DNA from: Caecitellus pseudoparvulus
Lineage: Eukaryota > Protista > Bigyra: Bicosoecida
Reading direction: 5' to 3'
DNA length: 64,000 bases
Assembly: GCA_965644315.1 (NCBI GenBank)
Contig: CBFFRQ010000032.1
Span: 496,001 to 560,000 of the forward strand
The position numbers were made by a program, and so were the translations under genes. The notes under the pieces were generated by a model that did not search any database, was not told where the DNA came from, and saw only the letters and a program-made list of their open reading frames with translations. Below are positions 42,662-55,700 of this stretch, piece by piece. Position 1 is the first letter of the stretch; each line of letters begins with the position of its first letter.

Positions 42662-43546
42662 TCACGCGTCAGAATCGTCCTCACTCTCGTCGCTGCTGCT
42701 GTACCCGACCAGGGCGGCCTGGGCGGCGACAGGCGCCGGCGCGGCGGCAGGTTCGGCGGGAGCAGGAGAGGAGGGCTGCGGCTTTGTCCTGACGTGCAGC
42801 AGGGCTGCTGCACTGGGCAAGGCTGGCTGGCTGGCCCGCCTGCGTTTCGCGGCGGCTTCCTGCTCCACAGTCAAAGGCTCTTGCTCGGGACCGGGCGACG
42901 CTGCCGTGTCCTCGTCTGCCACAGTGCCGCGAGGGCGCTTCGATCCACCCTGAGAAGCCCCAGGCTCGCGACTCTCTGCCTGCTGCTGCACTGCTGCGCT
43001 GGCGTGGGTGTCCGAGGCTGCATCCTCCTGCAAGGCAGACTTGGCAGCGATCGCTGCGAGGAAGGCCACCTCGTCGTCTTTCGCTTGCTTTCGTTCCAGG
43101 GCACGCTTCTGCTTCTCTCGAGATGCGACTTCGCTCAGAAAAGCGGCATCATCGTCGTCCATCGTCGTTTGGGGCTCTGCGAGGGGGCGGGAGGAGACGA
43201 CAGGTGGCGATGCGGAAATTGCTTCACGCCCAGCCACTGTCGCAGCCCAGTTCGGAGTCACGCACGGAGCTGTGCAGCACGCTTTTCGTAGGATTCCAAT
43301 TCTCCAGCTGCCTTGTGTGCCTGTAGTTGAGAGTACAGTGCCCCGGCGCCGCCAGGAAGCTTCATCTTATCCGCCAGACTGGCGGGTGCCTGGCTTTCGT
43401 CCTGCACCTTCACCGTCTCCACATGGTAGCCCTGGAAGCATGGGGTTCAGAGGCGGGGTGAAGGTGCCATCGCAGCCTATTCCTACACAGACATCCCCAC
43501 GCACATCGCTGGACCGCTGCACTTCGGCCTTGACGAACTTGGACAT
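42662..43546 (-). CDS. FAM192A: FAM192A/PSME3IP1/Fyv6-family nuclear protein, 3 exons, ~240 aa
   Basis: Exons 43546-43505 (MSKFVKAEVQRSSD), 43431-43266 (...GALYSQLQAHKAAGELESYEKRAAQL) and 43176-42662 (PQTTMDDDDAAFLSEVASREKQK...DDEVAFLAA...LVGYSSSDESEDDSDA) join in frame. They match the family pattern LYxxLQxxK...DxDxxxFL and the LVxYSSSD acidic tail. Confidence 0.75.
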
Positions 43547-43718
43547 GTTGCTGGCGTGCTCCTCAACTCGGCAAAGGCGCAGCGTGGCGTCTGGGGACTG
43601 CTTCCAACGTGGCCAGGCCAGCTGCGTTGATGACGGCAAATGCTACAGAATGCATTTTGGCGCCATGTGATGGAGTCGCCAAAGTCACTTCACGAGGCCG
43701 CAAGCCCCCCTGCCGCGC

Positions 43719-46700
43719 TCAACTGCCGCTGGACACGAGTCGGTTGCAGAATCGCCCCGCAGCCGCACACACTGTGCTGACGCTGAGGTTGCGCTCAATG
43801 GAGGAGACCTTGTTGCCGTACTTGACAGCCATGAAGAGGAAGTACACTGTGAGGGCAATGAAGGCCATGTTCACAGTGACGATCAGACCCGTCACCGCCA
43901 GGCGTGTCTCATTGCCGCAGTTGTCGCACGCGAACAGGTACAAGCCGCCCTGGAGGGTGAGGATGGAGGTGATGATGGAGTACATCTCCTGTTGGTTCAG
44001 CAGCTTCTTGCCGAACGGCATGGCACGCGTGTGCACCACGACGAACGCCGTCAGCACCACCAGAGCCAACATGGTCTGTGACACGATGCCCAGCGGCGCC
44101 AGCAGCACGCCCATGACTGCGAACAGCACCTTGCGCAGCATGGTGAGTTCCTCCCACCAGTAGTACTGCGGCTTGAAGGAGGCGTACAGGAAGCCGAAAG
44201 TCGCGCGCACGTTGGGGTCGGTTTGCAGCTGGGTGCGTCGGCTCCACAGCACGGCGAAGGCGCCTGCTGGGATGCCGAATGCGTACAGCACGAAGAAGGG
44301 GACGCCGACGCCGTACATCCACACGGCTGTGCTGGGGTCGTTGCACTGCACAGCTTTGTCCGCCACCAGGAACTGGTCATCACTGCCGTCGATGGAGGTG
44401 CAGGTGAACAGGCGCAGCGTGATGCGGGTGAGTGTGGGGTGGATGAGGAACGCTGTCACGATGACGGACACGAAGAAGTACGACCAGTGGCTCTGCCCCG
44501 ACAGCTTGCCGTGCAGCGCCGAGGAGCTGGCGATGTCCCAGCTGCGCTTGGCTGTAGCCTCCTTGGGCGACGCGCCCGCCTGCAGCGCCGCGGCGGTGGC
44601 AGTGGCCCGCTTCAGGGCCAGGTGGGACTCCGCACGGGCTTCCGCACGACTGTCGTAGCCCCGCTCATCTGCCATGGCGTCCCCTCCCATGGTCTCCTCT
44701 TCCTCCTCGCTCTCCTCCGAGGCCTTCGTGGCAGTGGCTAGGGGCAGCGGCACGTCGGAGGGCGAACGGGGCGCGGCTGTCGCCCACGCAGCAGAGCCCT
44801 CCTCACTGCTCGACACGGAGGCGCTGAGGGAGGGCCGGGGCTTGGGCACGAGGGCGACGTGGGAGGGTGACGGGTCACGAATACTGGAGTGCTGGGGGGC
44901 GATGGACACCGCGGGGCCGCTGGAGGCAGCGCCCGAAGGCGAGCTGACCTCCACCACTTCGTCGCCACTGGCAGCGACGGGGGAGGCCTTCTCCTTGAGC
45001 GTGTCGTCCAGCACCTCCACGTCCCCGGTCACCTTGCTGGCGGCAGCCGGCGGGGGCTTGGGCTTAGACTCGTCCTCCCCCAGGTCCACTGGGGCTGCAT
45101 CCCCCACCACGTCCAAGCCGTGCACAGAGTGCCCCTGCTGCACGTCTTTGTCCCTGCAGCGCTCGCAGCACATCCGGTTCCACACGTGGCGCTCCCAGAT
45201 GGCAGGGCACCCCAGTCCGTAGTGCAGCAGCCAGAAGCCAGCCAGGAAGAGGAACAGGATCCAGGGCAGGGAGATCATGACGATGGCCCGCAGGAAGAAG
45301 GCCGAGCCTTGCAGCAGGGAGAAGACGTCCGTGGTGGACGCCACGCAGTCCGGAGACACCAGCTGGTCGCTCACTGACGACGCCGCGTCAATGCCAGTGA
45401 ACATGCGCTCCACGACACCCGGCCACTTCAGCGGGAACGAGGCAGCCATGGCCACCACCTGCAGGTGTGTGAACAGGTTCTTCAAAATCGCCACTGGCAG
45501 CTTGCCTGGCTGGCCCTTAGCCTTGAGCGCCATGAAGGTCATGCCGCCCACCACCACCACTGCCAGCAGGGAGCCGCCTGCCAGCGCGACCACGTTCAGC
45601 GTCGGCGAACTGCACTGAGCACAGCCAGCCTTGCCCTGCCTGGCGTAGTTGGGGGCACAGCGGTTGCACAGTGTGCCAGTGTACCCGTCCGCGCAGGAGT
45701 CAGCGGCTGACGCGAGGCCTGCCGAAGTCTCGTTGGCGAACACGAAGGTGGTCGCGTTGCCGACAGTGCGCATGACTGCGTCAGGCGACTCGGACATGCG
45801 GGCCGCACTGCTGTGCATGCCCAGGGCGCTGGGCAGCACATAGAAGGCGGAAGGATCGCTGTCCTCTTCGTACCCCGCGCAGGCGGTCGGTTCGTCACAC
45901 TCGGCGAAGATGAGGGGATCCCACGGCGTGCGCCAGAAGCCAGCGCGCACGACGACTCGGTGGGCAGGCTGTCCACCACAGTACGCTCCGCTGGGGCAGG
46001 CTGTGCAGACAACGTCCACCAGGTCGGGCGCATTCGTGGCCAAGTACTGACTGTCCGAGCACACGTCGAAGACGGGGGGTGTGGGGAAGCTGAAGGGAGA
46101 CCTGCCAGCCGCATTCACAGCGACGACACGGAACAGGTATGGTGGGGCCTGGAACACGCTGTCTGCCAGGGTGTAGCGACGGGCTTCGTAGTTGGCAGCC
46201 TGCATGCGCCGGGCAGCCCGCTGCAAGGCGCTGCGCAGCTCGGGGGAGATGTCTGCCGCCGCCTCAGCCAGCACTTGCTCCACTGTCAGCACCTCCACGG
46301 TGGTGTCACTCACAGCATGCGTCTGCTTTTCCAGAGCCGCAATTGCCTCGGCATTGCCCAGAGTCATGGTGGTGGCGTTTGTGGTGTAGTACACCTCGAA
46401 GGACGTTGTCGTTGACGCCGAGGACGTGATGTCTGTCAGGGTGATGAACGTGTACTGGATGGTGCGAGCTGCTCCGTCGTCGTCTGCGACGGTGTTTGCT
46501 CGTAGTGCGAGGGGTGCTGGAGGCACATCTCCCGCCCCGAAGTAGCTAAACAGGGTGTTCGGGGCGGACCTGACGCCGACTCGGTTTGTCACCTCCACGC
46601 TCAAGCCGACGTCCTTGAACTGCGTTTCCGGCACGGTGCACTTGAGACGAGTCGTGACGGAGTCAGTGAGGACGTTCCCAGTGGAGCCAGTGATGCCCGT

Positions 46701-49700
46701 GACAACCACACCAACGCATGCCTCGCCTCCGATGCTCACTTGCGAGCTACCAGCAGCTTGCTGCTCAGCCGTGTCATCCCGCGCAACCAAGTCCACGACG
46801 TCAATCACGACAGACTCGCCCACGTCTGCGGTGGCAGGGGCAATGGAGACGACTTGGGGCTGGTGAAGCACACGGATGTGCCTGGTGTTGGTGTTCACCG
46901 AGCCTTGCCCGACGACTGACACGGATCCCTCGGAGATGGTCAACGCGCCATCCACAGCACCCGCAGGCAGGGCGAGGCACCGAACGTTCATGGCATCCAA
47001 GCGCACCCAGGAAGTGCATGGCACGCCAGCCAAGGTTACCATGCTGATGTCAGCTTGCTCGAGGCCAAAGTGCACGCCAGTCAGCGTGAAGTTCGGAGCA
47101 TGTGGCCCCGCGAACATGAACGGCGGATCTACCGAGTCGACCCGCGGGGCTTTGAAGGAGAAGTAGTTAATGGCAGCATCGGGGTCCACCACGGAGCTCG
47201 AACACTGCTGCATGACGCACACTTGGATGAGCTGCTGCTGACCGCGACCCTGGGGGGTGACGATGACGAGGCGACCGTCGTTTGACCACGTGACATGCTG
47301 GGCCATGTGTGCGCCAACGTGCACAATGACCTGGCCTTCAGCCTGCAAGTCTTTAGATGCTGTTGCGTGCTTGAAAACGGCGGCATCTGAGAAATTCAGG
47401 GCGCTGAAGCCACTGCCGAGGAGCACCACTTCGTCGCCGCCCCCCACCTCGCCGTTCGCATTCGGCAAGGTGGCGAAGAGTTGGGGGGGGTTGTATGAGT
47501 ACACTCGGGCTGGGGAAATAGTGTGCCCGCCACTGGTCTCATCGAGGAACGAAGCAGTGTCCAGTTGCCCATCCACACGGACACGGACTGTCCAGTTGCC
47601 GCCCACACCGGGAGGCACGGTGCAGGTGACGTAGCTCGTGGATGCGTCGCCCGTCCGGACAAAGGTTGGGCTGGAGCATGAGCGCAGCTGGAACTTTGGG
47701 TGTTGAAGCGTCACTGCGTCGACCGTGTGCTGCCCTCCCGAGAAGGGGTCGCTGCTGGACGCGGCGAAGCCACACGCTTGACCTTCCGCTCCCAGCCCGC
47801 TGGCATCGATGCGCAGCAGCACACCCCCCGTGCTGGGAATGCCAAGCAAGTCCTGGCTGGCAAGTGCCACGCCTAGCACCTGGGGTCGGCGGAAGCCCAC
47901 AGTGTACGAGGGGCGAGGGTTCACATGCCCTTCGGTGGAGGACTCTGGGAGCTTCCAAGAGGACTGCTCATACCAGGCATCCCCAGAAGCGTCCACCTGC
48001 CCATTCACGGTGACGCGGGGGATCCAACCAGTGCCAACACCAGACGGCATGGGGACTGTCAGGGCCGTGTCATTGATATGAGAGGGGAAGGCGGTTGCGC
48101 CGAGGTCCAGGCGACTGCAGGCAGAGTGGTCTGGGCGCTCCCAGTGTACTTGGATGCTGCCTCCTGTTCGCCCCGGCGTGCCGAAGTTCAAGCCAGTGAT
48201 GGTGACAGTGGAGCCTGCTTGCACGACAGAGGGGAACTGCTGCGTGATGAGAGGCCTGTCGTACGAGAACACCGAAGTGCTTGTTCCGGACCCCGTCGGG
48301 AGGGACACCGTCACCTGCGGAGTGGCACCCGTGCCCTCTGGCAGGGTGCAGTCTACCCGATGCGTGGGCAGCGAAACCACAGCAAGTGTGCCAGCCACAA
48401 GCGGGCACTGCGCCCCAAACACAGACACGGTCAGGTCATCTTCGTTCACCAGGCCAGGGCGAGTAGCAAGGTCAATGGGGCTGACGTCAAATGAAACCTG
48501 GATGACAGTGCCGCCAGCGGTGGGAGCAGTGCGGGGCAGGACTGCAGATACCACGACTGGGTCGGATGGTGGGTAAAAGCGCGCCACTTCCCCCCGCCGC
48601 CATTGCGCTGGGACGTCAAAGGGGTCTCCGAACTCGGAAAAGGAATACACGACGCCTTGAAGCTGTGATACATGCACGAGACGCCCCCACGAGGGGTGGT
48701 TGAAGTGTGTGTGGGGCTCCCACTGGAACGCTGTCCCCGAAGGGTCCATGCTCTCCCAGGGCGTGAAGATGCGCCCCGCGACAAGCTCGGCACTGATGCG
48801 AGGGTTCGCAGAGGAGCCGCCCAGCCCAGTGATGGACTCTCCAAAGCTCGGGAAAGGGGCATCTTGGGTCGCCTCCCCCACCTCAGTGGAGAAGGAGGTG
48901 AGGGGGACTGCCGGAAGATCCCTCAGCTGCACGTTGGGCACTGTCACCCGTGCACTGAGCGCTACCTGCGTTCCATCGTCACCTTCTGCCTCGGCAACAG
49001 CCTCCAGCTCCAACACTTGAACAGCTGCGACTGCAGCATTGGCAGTCACGCTCTGGCGCGGGTTGTGCTTCAGCAGGCGCTCGCCACCGAATGCATACAG
49101 TGTGCCGTCTTGCTGCACGACGGCAGGGCGCACCAGGGGAATGCGGAGACGAGGGCCGTGCTGCCTCCAGGCTTTGCGGGAAAGGTCGAAGACGTCAATT
49201 GACGTGTACGGGCGCTCGTCATCACCCAGACACACCTCCTCACTGAAAGAGTCAGCGTTGGCCAGAGCGTCTGCCGTCCACCAGTCCGTCTCGTTGCTGG
49301 TCACCAGCTGCTGCTCAGTCCCTGTCACTCGCTGCTCCTTGCGCCAGAATCGAGGTTTCCACCACTCGGCTGACGAGGAGTCAAACAAGCCAGCATTGCT
49401 TGCGATGCGGGTCGTGCTCTGGTCAGGCAGTTCTGAGCGGGAGCCTCCAGCCACCTGCAACGCACGCCTGTCGCATTGACCACCGTCAAAGCCGCAGAAG
49501 GAATGGTCACAAGCAACGTCACATTCTGTGTTCTGGGTCAAGCCGATATCGGGGCACTCCGTGCCGACTAAGCACTTATACACGTCGATGCCACTGGGAG
49601 GGTCTGTGGGGCAGTCCCCGTCATCGAATCCACACTTCAGAGTGTTGCAGTCTGCTTGGCAGGTTCCGTCTCCTAGCATGCCGGGCAGACAACCGTCCAG

Positions 49701-52700
49701 AAAGCACGAGTCGGTTTGTTGAGAGCAAGCCTCGTATGGAATGGAGCCAGTAGCATCATAAGGTGGCCTGGAACAGGCCCACGAATTGCACACTGAGTCA
49801 CACTCGTCGTCTCGAAGGAAGAAAGGATTGCATCCAGACTCAGCACACAGCTCCGCATCATTGAGCAGCACGTTGGGGCAGCCATCGAAGGAGATCTCCC
49901 CCACGCCACAGCTGGGATGGAGGCACTCCATGTCACACTGGCCATTGCCGATTTTACTGGCCGGGAAGTCGCATCCGTGGTCCTGGCAGATGGATAGATC
50001 GGCGATTCCCTTCTGTGTGATCGTCGCCGAGGCTGGGTTCTGTACACTGCACCGCAGCTGCTGGATGGGTCCGCACTCCGGACGGTTGCAAGCTGTTTTG
50101 CACACAGAACTCGTGGCTTGTGCTATGTTTGGGCAGCCATTGACGATGCAGGGCTTAACTTCGGGAATGTTGGGTTCATGTGGGCCACAATCGCCAGCAT
50201 CAAAGCCGCAGGCGTAGAAGTCGCACGCCGGATCACAGGTCCCATCACCGAAACTCGACACTGCACACCCACTGCTCTGCACACGAGCAGGGCATGTCTG
50301 CGGCCCTTGATTTGAGCAGAGCTGGAGATCATCGCCTGGCCTGCACTCGTCAATGTTGCAATCCGGGTCGCATGCTCCATTATTCACTTTCCTCGCGTCA
50401 CGGCAACCCTTCGCGAGACACTGAGCCATGTCAACACCACGCTGGGCTTTGCGTGCACACCTTCCATTATCATGGCCACATTCGGGCTTGTTGCAGACCT
50501 GGTCGCAGTTATTATTGTCTAGCAACTCTGGCGTGCACTCATGGAAGTCAAAGCACATGTGCCTGGGCCCGGAGCCTTGCTTGTTGCCATCGTCAAGTGC
50601 CCCTGCCACTCCGTTGGCAATGGCGATCGGGTCAGCGCCGCGCGGGACATCAGGGGGCAGGGTGGACGTGACTTCACCCGAACCAGACTCCACGTCGCAC
50701 TCCTTTCGACCCCCCACGAGCCAAACTTGATCCCCCACCAGCACCGCACCAGCCTGGTCACGGCCGAAGGGCATGTCAGGGAACACGCTGTCCACCCAGC
50801 CTGGGTTCTGTGCTGACGTATTGTAAGTCTCTATTGTGTGGACGAAGGTGACGTTGTCCACAATGAGGTAAGGCTGCTTCCACTGAGCTCGTTCGGCGTG
50901 GGAGCTCTTGACCTGCACGCCGCCCAGAACGACAAGGGCTTCATCATCCACGTTTACAACGTTGAAGTCCTCTCGTGGTGTCAAGAGAGGCGGGCCGCTG
51001 CGCCACACGCCAGATGACACATTGAAGATGGCAACAGAGGAGGTGCTTTGCCCACTGGCACCATTCAGTGGTTCCGAGGCAGAGTACAAGCCTGAGTCTG
51101 GGCTACGCGTTGGTGCCGTATTGCCACCGATAAGCCACAGCTCGCCTTGGAAGGCGATGAACTGGAATCGGCTCCGCTGGGGTTCCGCTGGGGCTTGTCC
51201 TGTGCTGGGTATGGTCTCCCAGGCTGCCCCTGCGCCGGCCATGCGCCACAGATCCACGCGGGCAGCGGACTCCAACGACTCGGTAGGAAAGAACACTTGT
51301 CTTGAGGCTTGCTGGAGTTCCGTTGGATACGTGACACTCGTCAGCAGCGGGTTGACTTTGGAAGTTGGCAGGTAGTGCGTGTCTGGGCGCTGCCGCACAA
51401 AGGCAGAGCCGACAGCCAGGCGCTCTCGACCTCCTCGTCCACCAGAGCCACCTGACACAGTCTCTGATTGCGCATAAAGCAAGATGTCGTTGAACCACTC
51501 ATCTGTGGAGGAGGCATTTCTGACACTCTCTGGGATGAGGGAGGCGTAAGGATCTTCTTCGGATTGCAAGTGCCGCAGAGTGCCAGAATGGTGCGCGTCC
51601 AGCCCACCGCAGGCAGGCGTTCGGCAATGATGACCAGATGACACCGTATCATCGTCCGCAGTGCCATCCAGAAGGAAGTTTGCCGAGTCACATCCATCCC
51701 GTAGGCAGTGGGCCATGTTGAACGAGCTAAAGAAGGGCACCGCATGATCGGCAAAGGCTTCGATGTGCGTGCCACAGTCCCCCATGTCATAGCCACAGGA
51801 AGGAATATTACAGCCTGCTTGACACCTGCCATCTCCCAGCTGCCCAGGCAGCGTGCAGGAAGCCCCACACCTAGCATTGAAGGGTCCTGACGCGACTCCA
51901 GATTTTGGCGTGCACCCGCCCAGGCGCTCCTCGGCGGTGCCACAGGCTGCAGTGTGGCAGTCGGGGTCACACTCATCGTTCAGCAGCAACAGCAGTGAGG
52001 GGCAGCCGCTTGCGAGGCACGTGCCCCAAGTCTCAGGCATCAGCTCCCCAGATCCACCGGCCTCGAGGCTCGCGTACGTGCCATCGCAGTCGCCCCCGTC
52101 GTACAGACAAGCGGGAATGTCGCAGTTGGGTGTGGTGTTGTCACAGTTGCCGTCGCCGAGCTTGGACTGGCAGCCTGCAGGGCAGGCGTTCCGTTCGTTG
52201 GTGGTGTAGTCGTAGAGATCACCAGCGCAAGCGTATCGCTCCTCTTCCCCACAGGACGGGTCAAGACAGGCAGGCGCATCACAGTCGCCACCGAGATCTG
52301 CAAGCGTGCATGTGTCGTCGCAGAATTGTGAGTCCACTGGGCCGGGCTCCGCTGGTGCACAGAAAGGTCCAGCGTTCAGAATGTCCAGGTTGCCACACGC
52401 GGGAGCCTGGCAAGCGCTTTCGCTGGGGGTAGCAAGGCGTGATGCGTGGCATTTTTCGTCGAGTAAGTGCATGGCAGAGTGGCAATCACCACCCAGGCAC
52501 AGGCCGAGGTCGAAGTTGGCTCCTTTGTCAGCCAAAGCCAACGAATGGATCTTCACACCACAATCCCCCATGTCAAAGCCACAGGTAGGGGTGTTGCAGT
52601 CGGGATCACACACTCCATCTCCAATGTTGCTGGTCGTGCACACATCAGAGCACTTGCCGGAGAACTCCGCAGCCGTCCAATGTGCTGGCACAGGGTCGCA

Positions 52701-55700
52701 GCCGCCAAGAACCACCTCAGCATTGCCACAGTCTGCGTGAAGGCACGTTGCGTCGCACGTATGGTCGTACAGATTGTACACTGACTTGCAGCCACTCTGC
52801 AGGCAGGCTTTTACACTCGTTGGGTGCTCCAGGATACCGGCAGATCCAGAAAACCAGGGTTGTGACTCACTGCCCTCGGTTAGGCAGTCGCCATCGTCGT
52901 ACCCACAGGAAGGAGTATCGCAGTATGGCGAGCCCAGATTGCAGTTGCCGTCATTGATGGTGGAAACGCAAGAGGCGGGGCAGGAGTTGCGCATCATGGG
53001 GCTAGAAGAGATGGCGGGCTGCGCCAAGCAGACCTCAGTCTCGGCGTTGCCGCAGACTGGGTTCAGGCACTCTGAATCGCAGTTCGTGTTCTGCCGCTTC
53101 GCAAGCGAGCAAGATCCAGCAGTGCAAGCTGTCATGTCAAAGACGTCCCTGAAGCACGCATCTTCATCAAGTGAGCCGCAGGCGGGGCTGCGACAGTCCA
53201 CGTAGTCACACGTGTCATCCACTAGGCGCATGGCGTTTGCACAGGTGCTGCTCAGGCAATCGGACATGTCGAACTGACTGTCAACGCTGACCAGGTCTTC
53301 AGTGACCAATCCGCAGTCTCCATGATCAAAAGCACACGCGGGCACGAAGCACTGTGGATGGCAGAAGGAGTCACCAACCTTGCTTGTGTCACAGCCAAGA
53401 GAGGCGCAGGTCTGCTCCAGCTCGTCCGTTCGGGCCCAGTTCGAGCTGAGAGGCACGCACCCACCAAGAAGCACCTCTGCTGTGCCACATTCAGGAGTGT
53501 TGCACTCTTCGTGGCAGATGTTGTCGGTGAGGAACATGATGGAAGGGCAGCCGCTTTGCAAGCACTCCCGTGCTGATGAGCCGAAGTACGTTGCCCTGGA
53601 GAAGTCCACGGCATCTATGCTCGTGGCCCCGATGTCTCCGTCGTCAAAGTTGCACGCGGGGACGTCGCATGCCGCGTTTTCAACACCGTTCCCGATCGTG
53701 GCGATGTTGCAAGTCGTCGCATGGCAGTCTTCAAGCTGGTCAGATGTGTAGCTACTCTCTGAGAACCCAGGGCAGTTGTCTCGGGCAATGGTGCCACAGG
53801 CGGGATGCAGGCATTCGTAGACACAGTTTGTGCCCGTTGCAGCGCCCTGGGATGGGCACCCGGCTTGGGAGCACAGGCCCCAGTCTGGGCCGGGGAAGCT
53901 GGAGCCCCCGCCACCCCCACCACAGTTCTGCCCAGTGCAACCATTGTTGCCGTCATCGGTGCTGGAGGATCCCGTGAACGATCCAGTCGCGGGGTCTCGG
54001 GCTGACTGGTAGTACGTGCCTCCGGAGTTGGCAAAGAGGAAGTCCCCGTCAGCATTGCCCGCCATGCCCACGACGTGGGTGCTGGGAACGTCCAGGCCGT
54101 CCACTTGGAAGTCCAGCGTTTGGGCGAGGGCGGCGCCACGGGTGGTGCCTGAGCCATACAGAGTGACGACTTCACTCTCAGCCACATGCGTGGCATTGTA
54201 CAGCACAGCCCGCAGCTTCGATTGGCGGGGATCTCCGGCAGCGCGGACTTGGTACGGAGGACGAATGGGGCCGCTGCCTCCTCCACCCCCTCCGCCTGGC
54301 TGCCCGTCCTGCAGCACGAGTGCCTCGGTAAAATTGTACGTGTTGGCGCCTGCGATGATGTACACCTCATCCTCTGCAGCTGCAGCCGCCTCATCATAGG
54401 CAGCGCCGTTCGCCAGTGTGATGATGCGAGAGGGCAGCTTGGTGATGTACCGTGCGAAGCCCAAGTAGCCACTTTCTCCCACTCCATCTGCAATGCCAGG
54501 CATGTTCTTCGAGCGGGCCAAGGCCAGGTCATCCACATCTTCCTCATCCACAGCGAGCACGGCCGTGGCTGAGTGCTGGTCCAGGGTGGACTGTGTCGCG
54601 TCGGCGAAGTTCTGCGCCAGTTGGATCGGGCTTGCTTCTGGGTCACCGATGATGGTCTCAATGGCCAGGACGGACTTGATCTCGTCGTCTCTGAAGCTGA
54701 CCCGCCGCAGCAGCCCGGCGATAGGGTCCAGCACCAGCAGGCGCCCCTGCGAGTCCCACTCCATCGAATACCCAACGAAGGGCGTGACGCGGCTCGTGGC
54801 TGCGTCGCCATCTACAGGGTTCCATGTGTCGTCGAGTGCCTTTGCGCCAGGGCCTGTGGGGTCACTCCAGGGGCCGTTTTGCAAGTTCAGCGTGGTAACG
54901 TTCTTGACGTTTCCGTCGTCGTCCAGCCAAGCGCGGCGCAGGGCGGGGCCGTCGAAGAACAGCAGGGAGTTGGTGGAGTTGTCGAACGCCAGAGCCGTCG
55001 GCGCAGTCATGAGCCTGGCTGTGCGGGGTGCTCCGTCCGTGAACGAGTTCCTCGAGATGTTGCAGTTGTCGATGTTGGAGGGTGCCGGCGCGCCGGCCAC
55101 CTCGTACTCGCACACGTCCTCTTCAGCGCTCACCAGCGCTGCCGCGACACGGAACGTCGCCCCAGAAGCAAAGGCGCGGCGGATGGTTCCAAAACCCTGC
55201 GAGGGGTGGCAGGTGAGGTGTGTGGGGGCAGGTAGCGCAGAGGGTTCGACAGCTGGTCACGCACGCGCTCGGTGAAGTAGATGTCGCAGGAGCGGGGGCT
55301 GACGACGAGCCCCAGGATGTGCCCCAGGCGAGTCGCCCGCCCATTGGAGGCAATGGTGGTCCCAGCGGACGTCGCTGGGACGTTGCGCTTGCCAGCGACC
55401 TCCCGCTTGGCAAAGCCGGTTTCCTGGCCGCCGACCAGAAACATCTGGTAGTTTGCGGAGTCCACGAGGACGACCTCGTTGCCACAGGCCGGCGCCATGT
55501 GGTTACCGATGGACTGGAAGGCCATCTGGCCGTCACCGGAGCCAACGTCGGTGTCTGGATTGGAGCCTGTGGCAGGAAAGCAGCGGTGGAAAGGAAGTGC
55601 AGTGCAGCAGCGCAGTTGTAACGTGGGGCTGGCCGTACCTCCGAGGACGGCACCGCCGCTCCATATGGCTGCGAAGGATCGTGGTGTAGGCGTGGAAGTG

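Noticed and set aside
43367-43639. ORF that might be an extra 3' exon of the giant receptor
   Set aside because: It is explained by exon 1 and intron 1 of the FAM192A-like gene.
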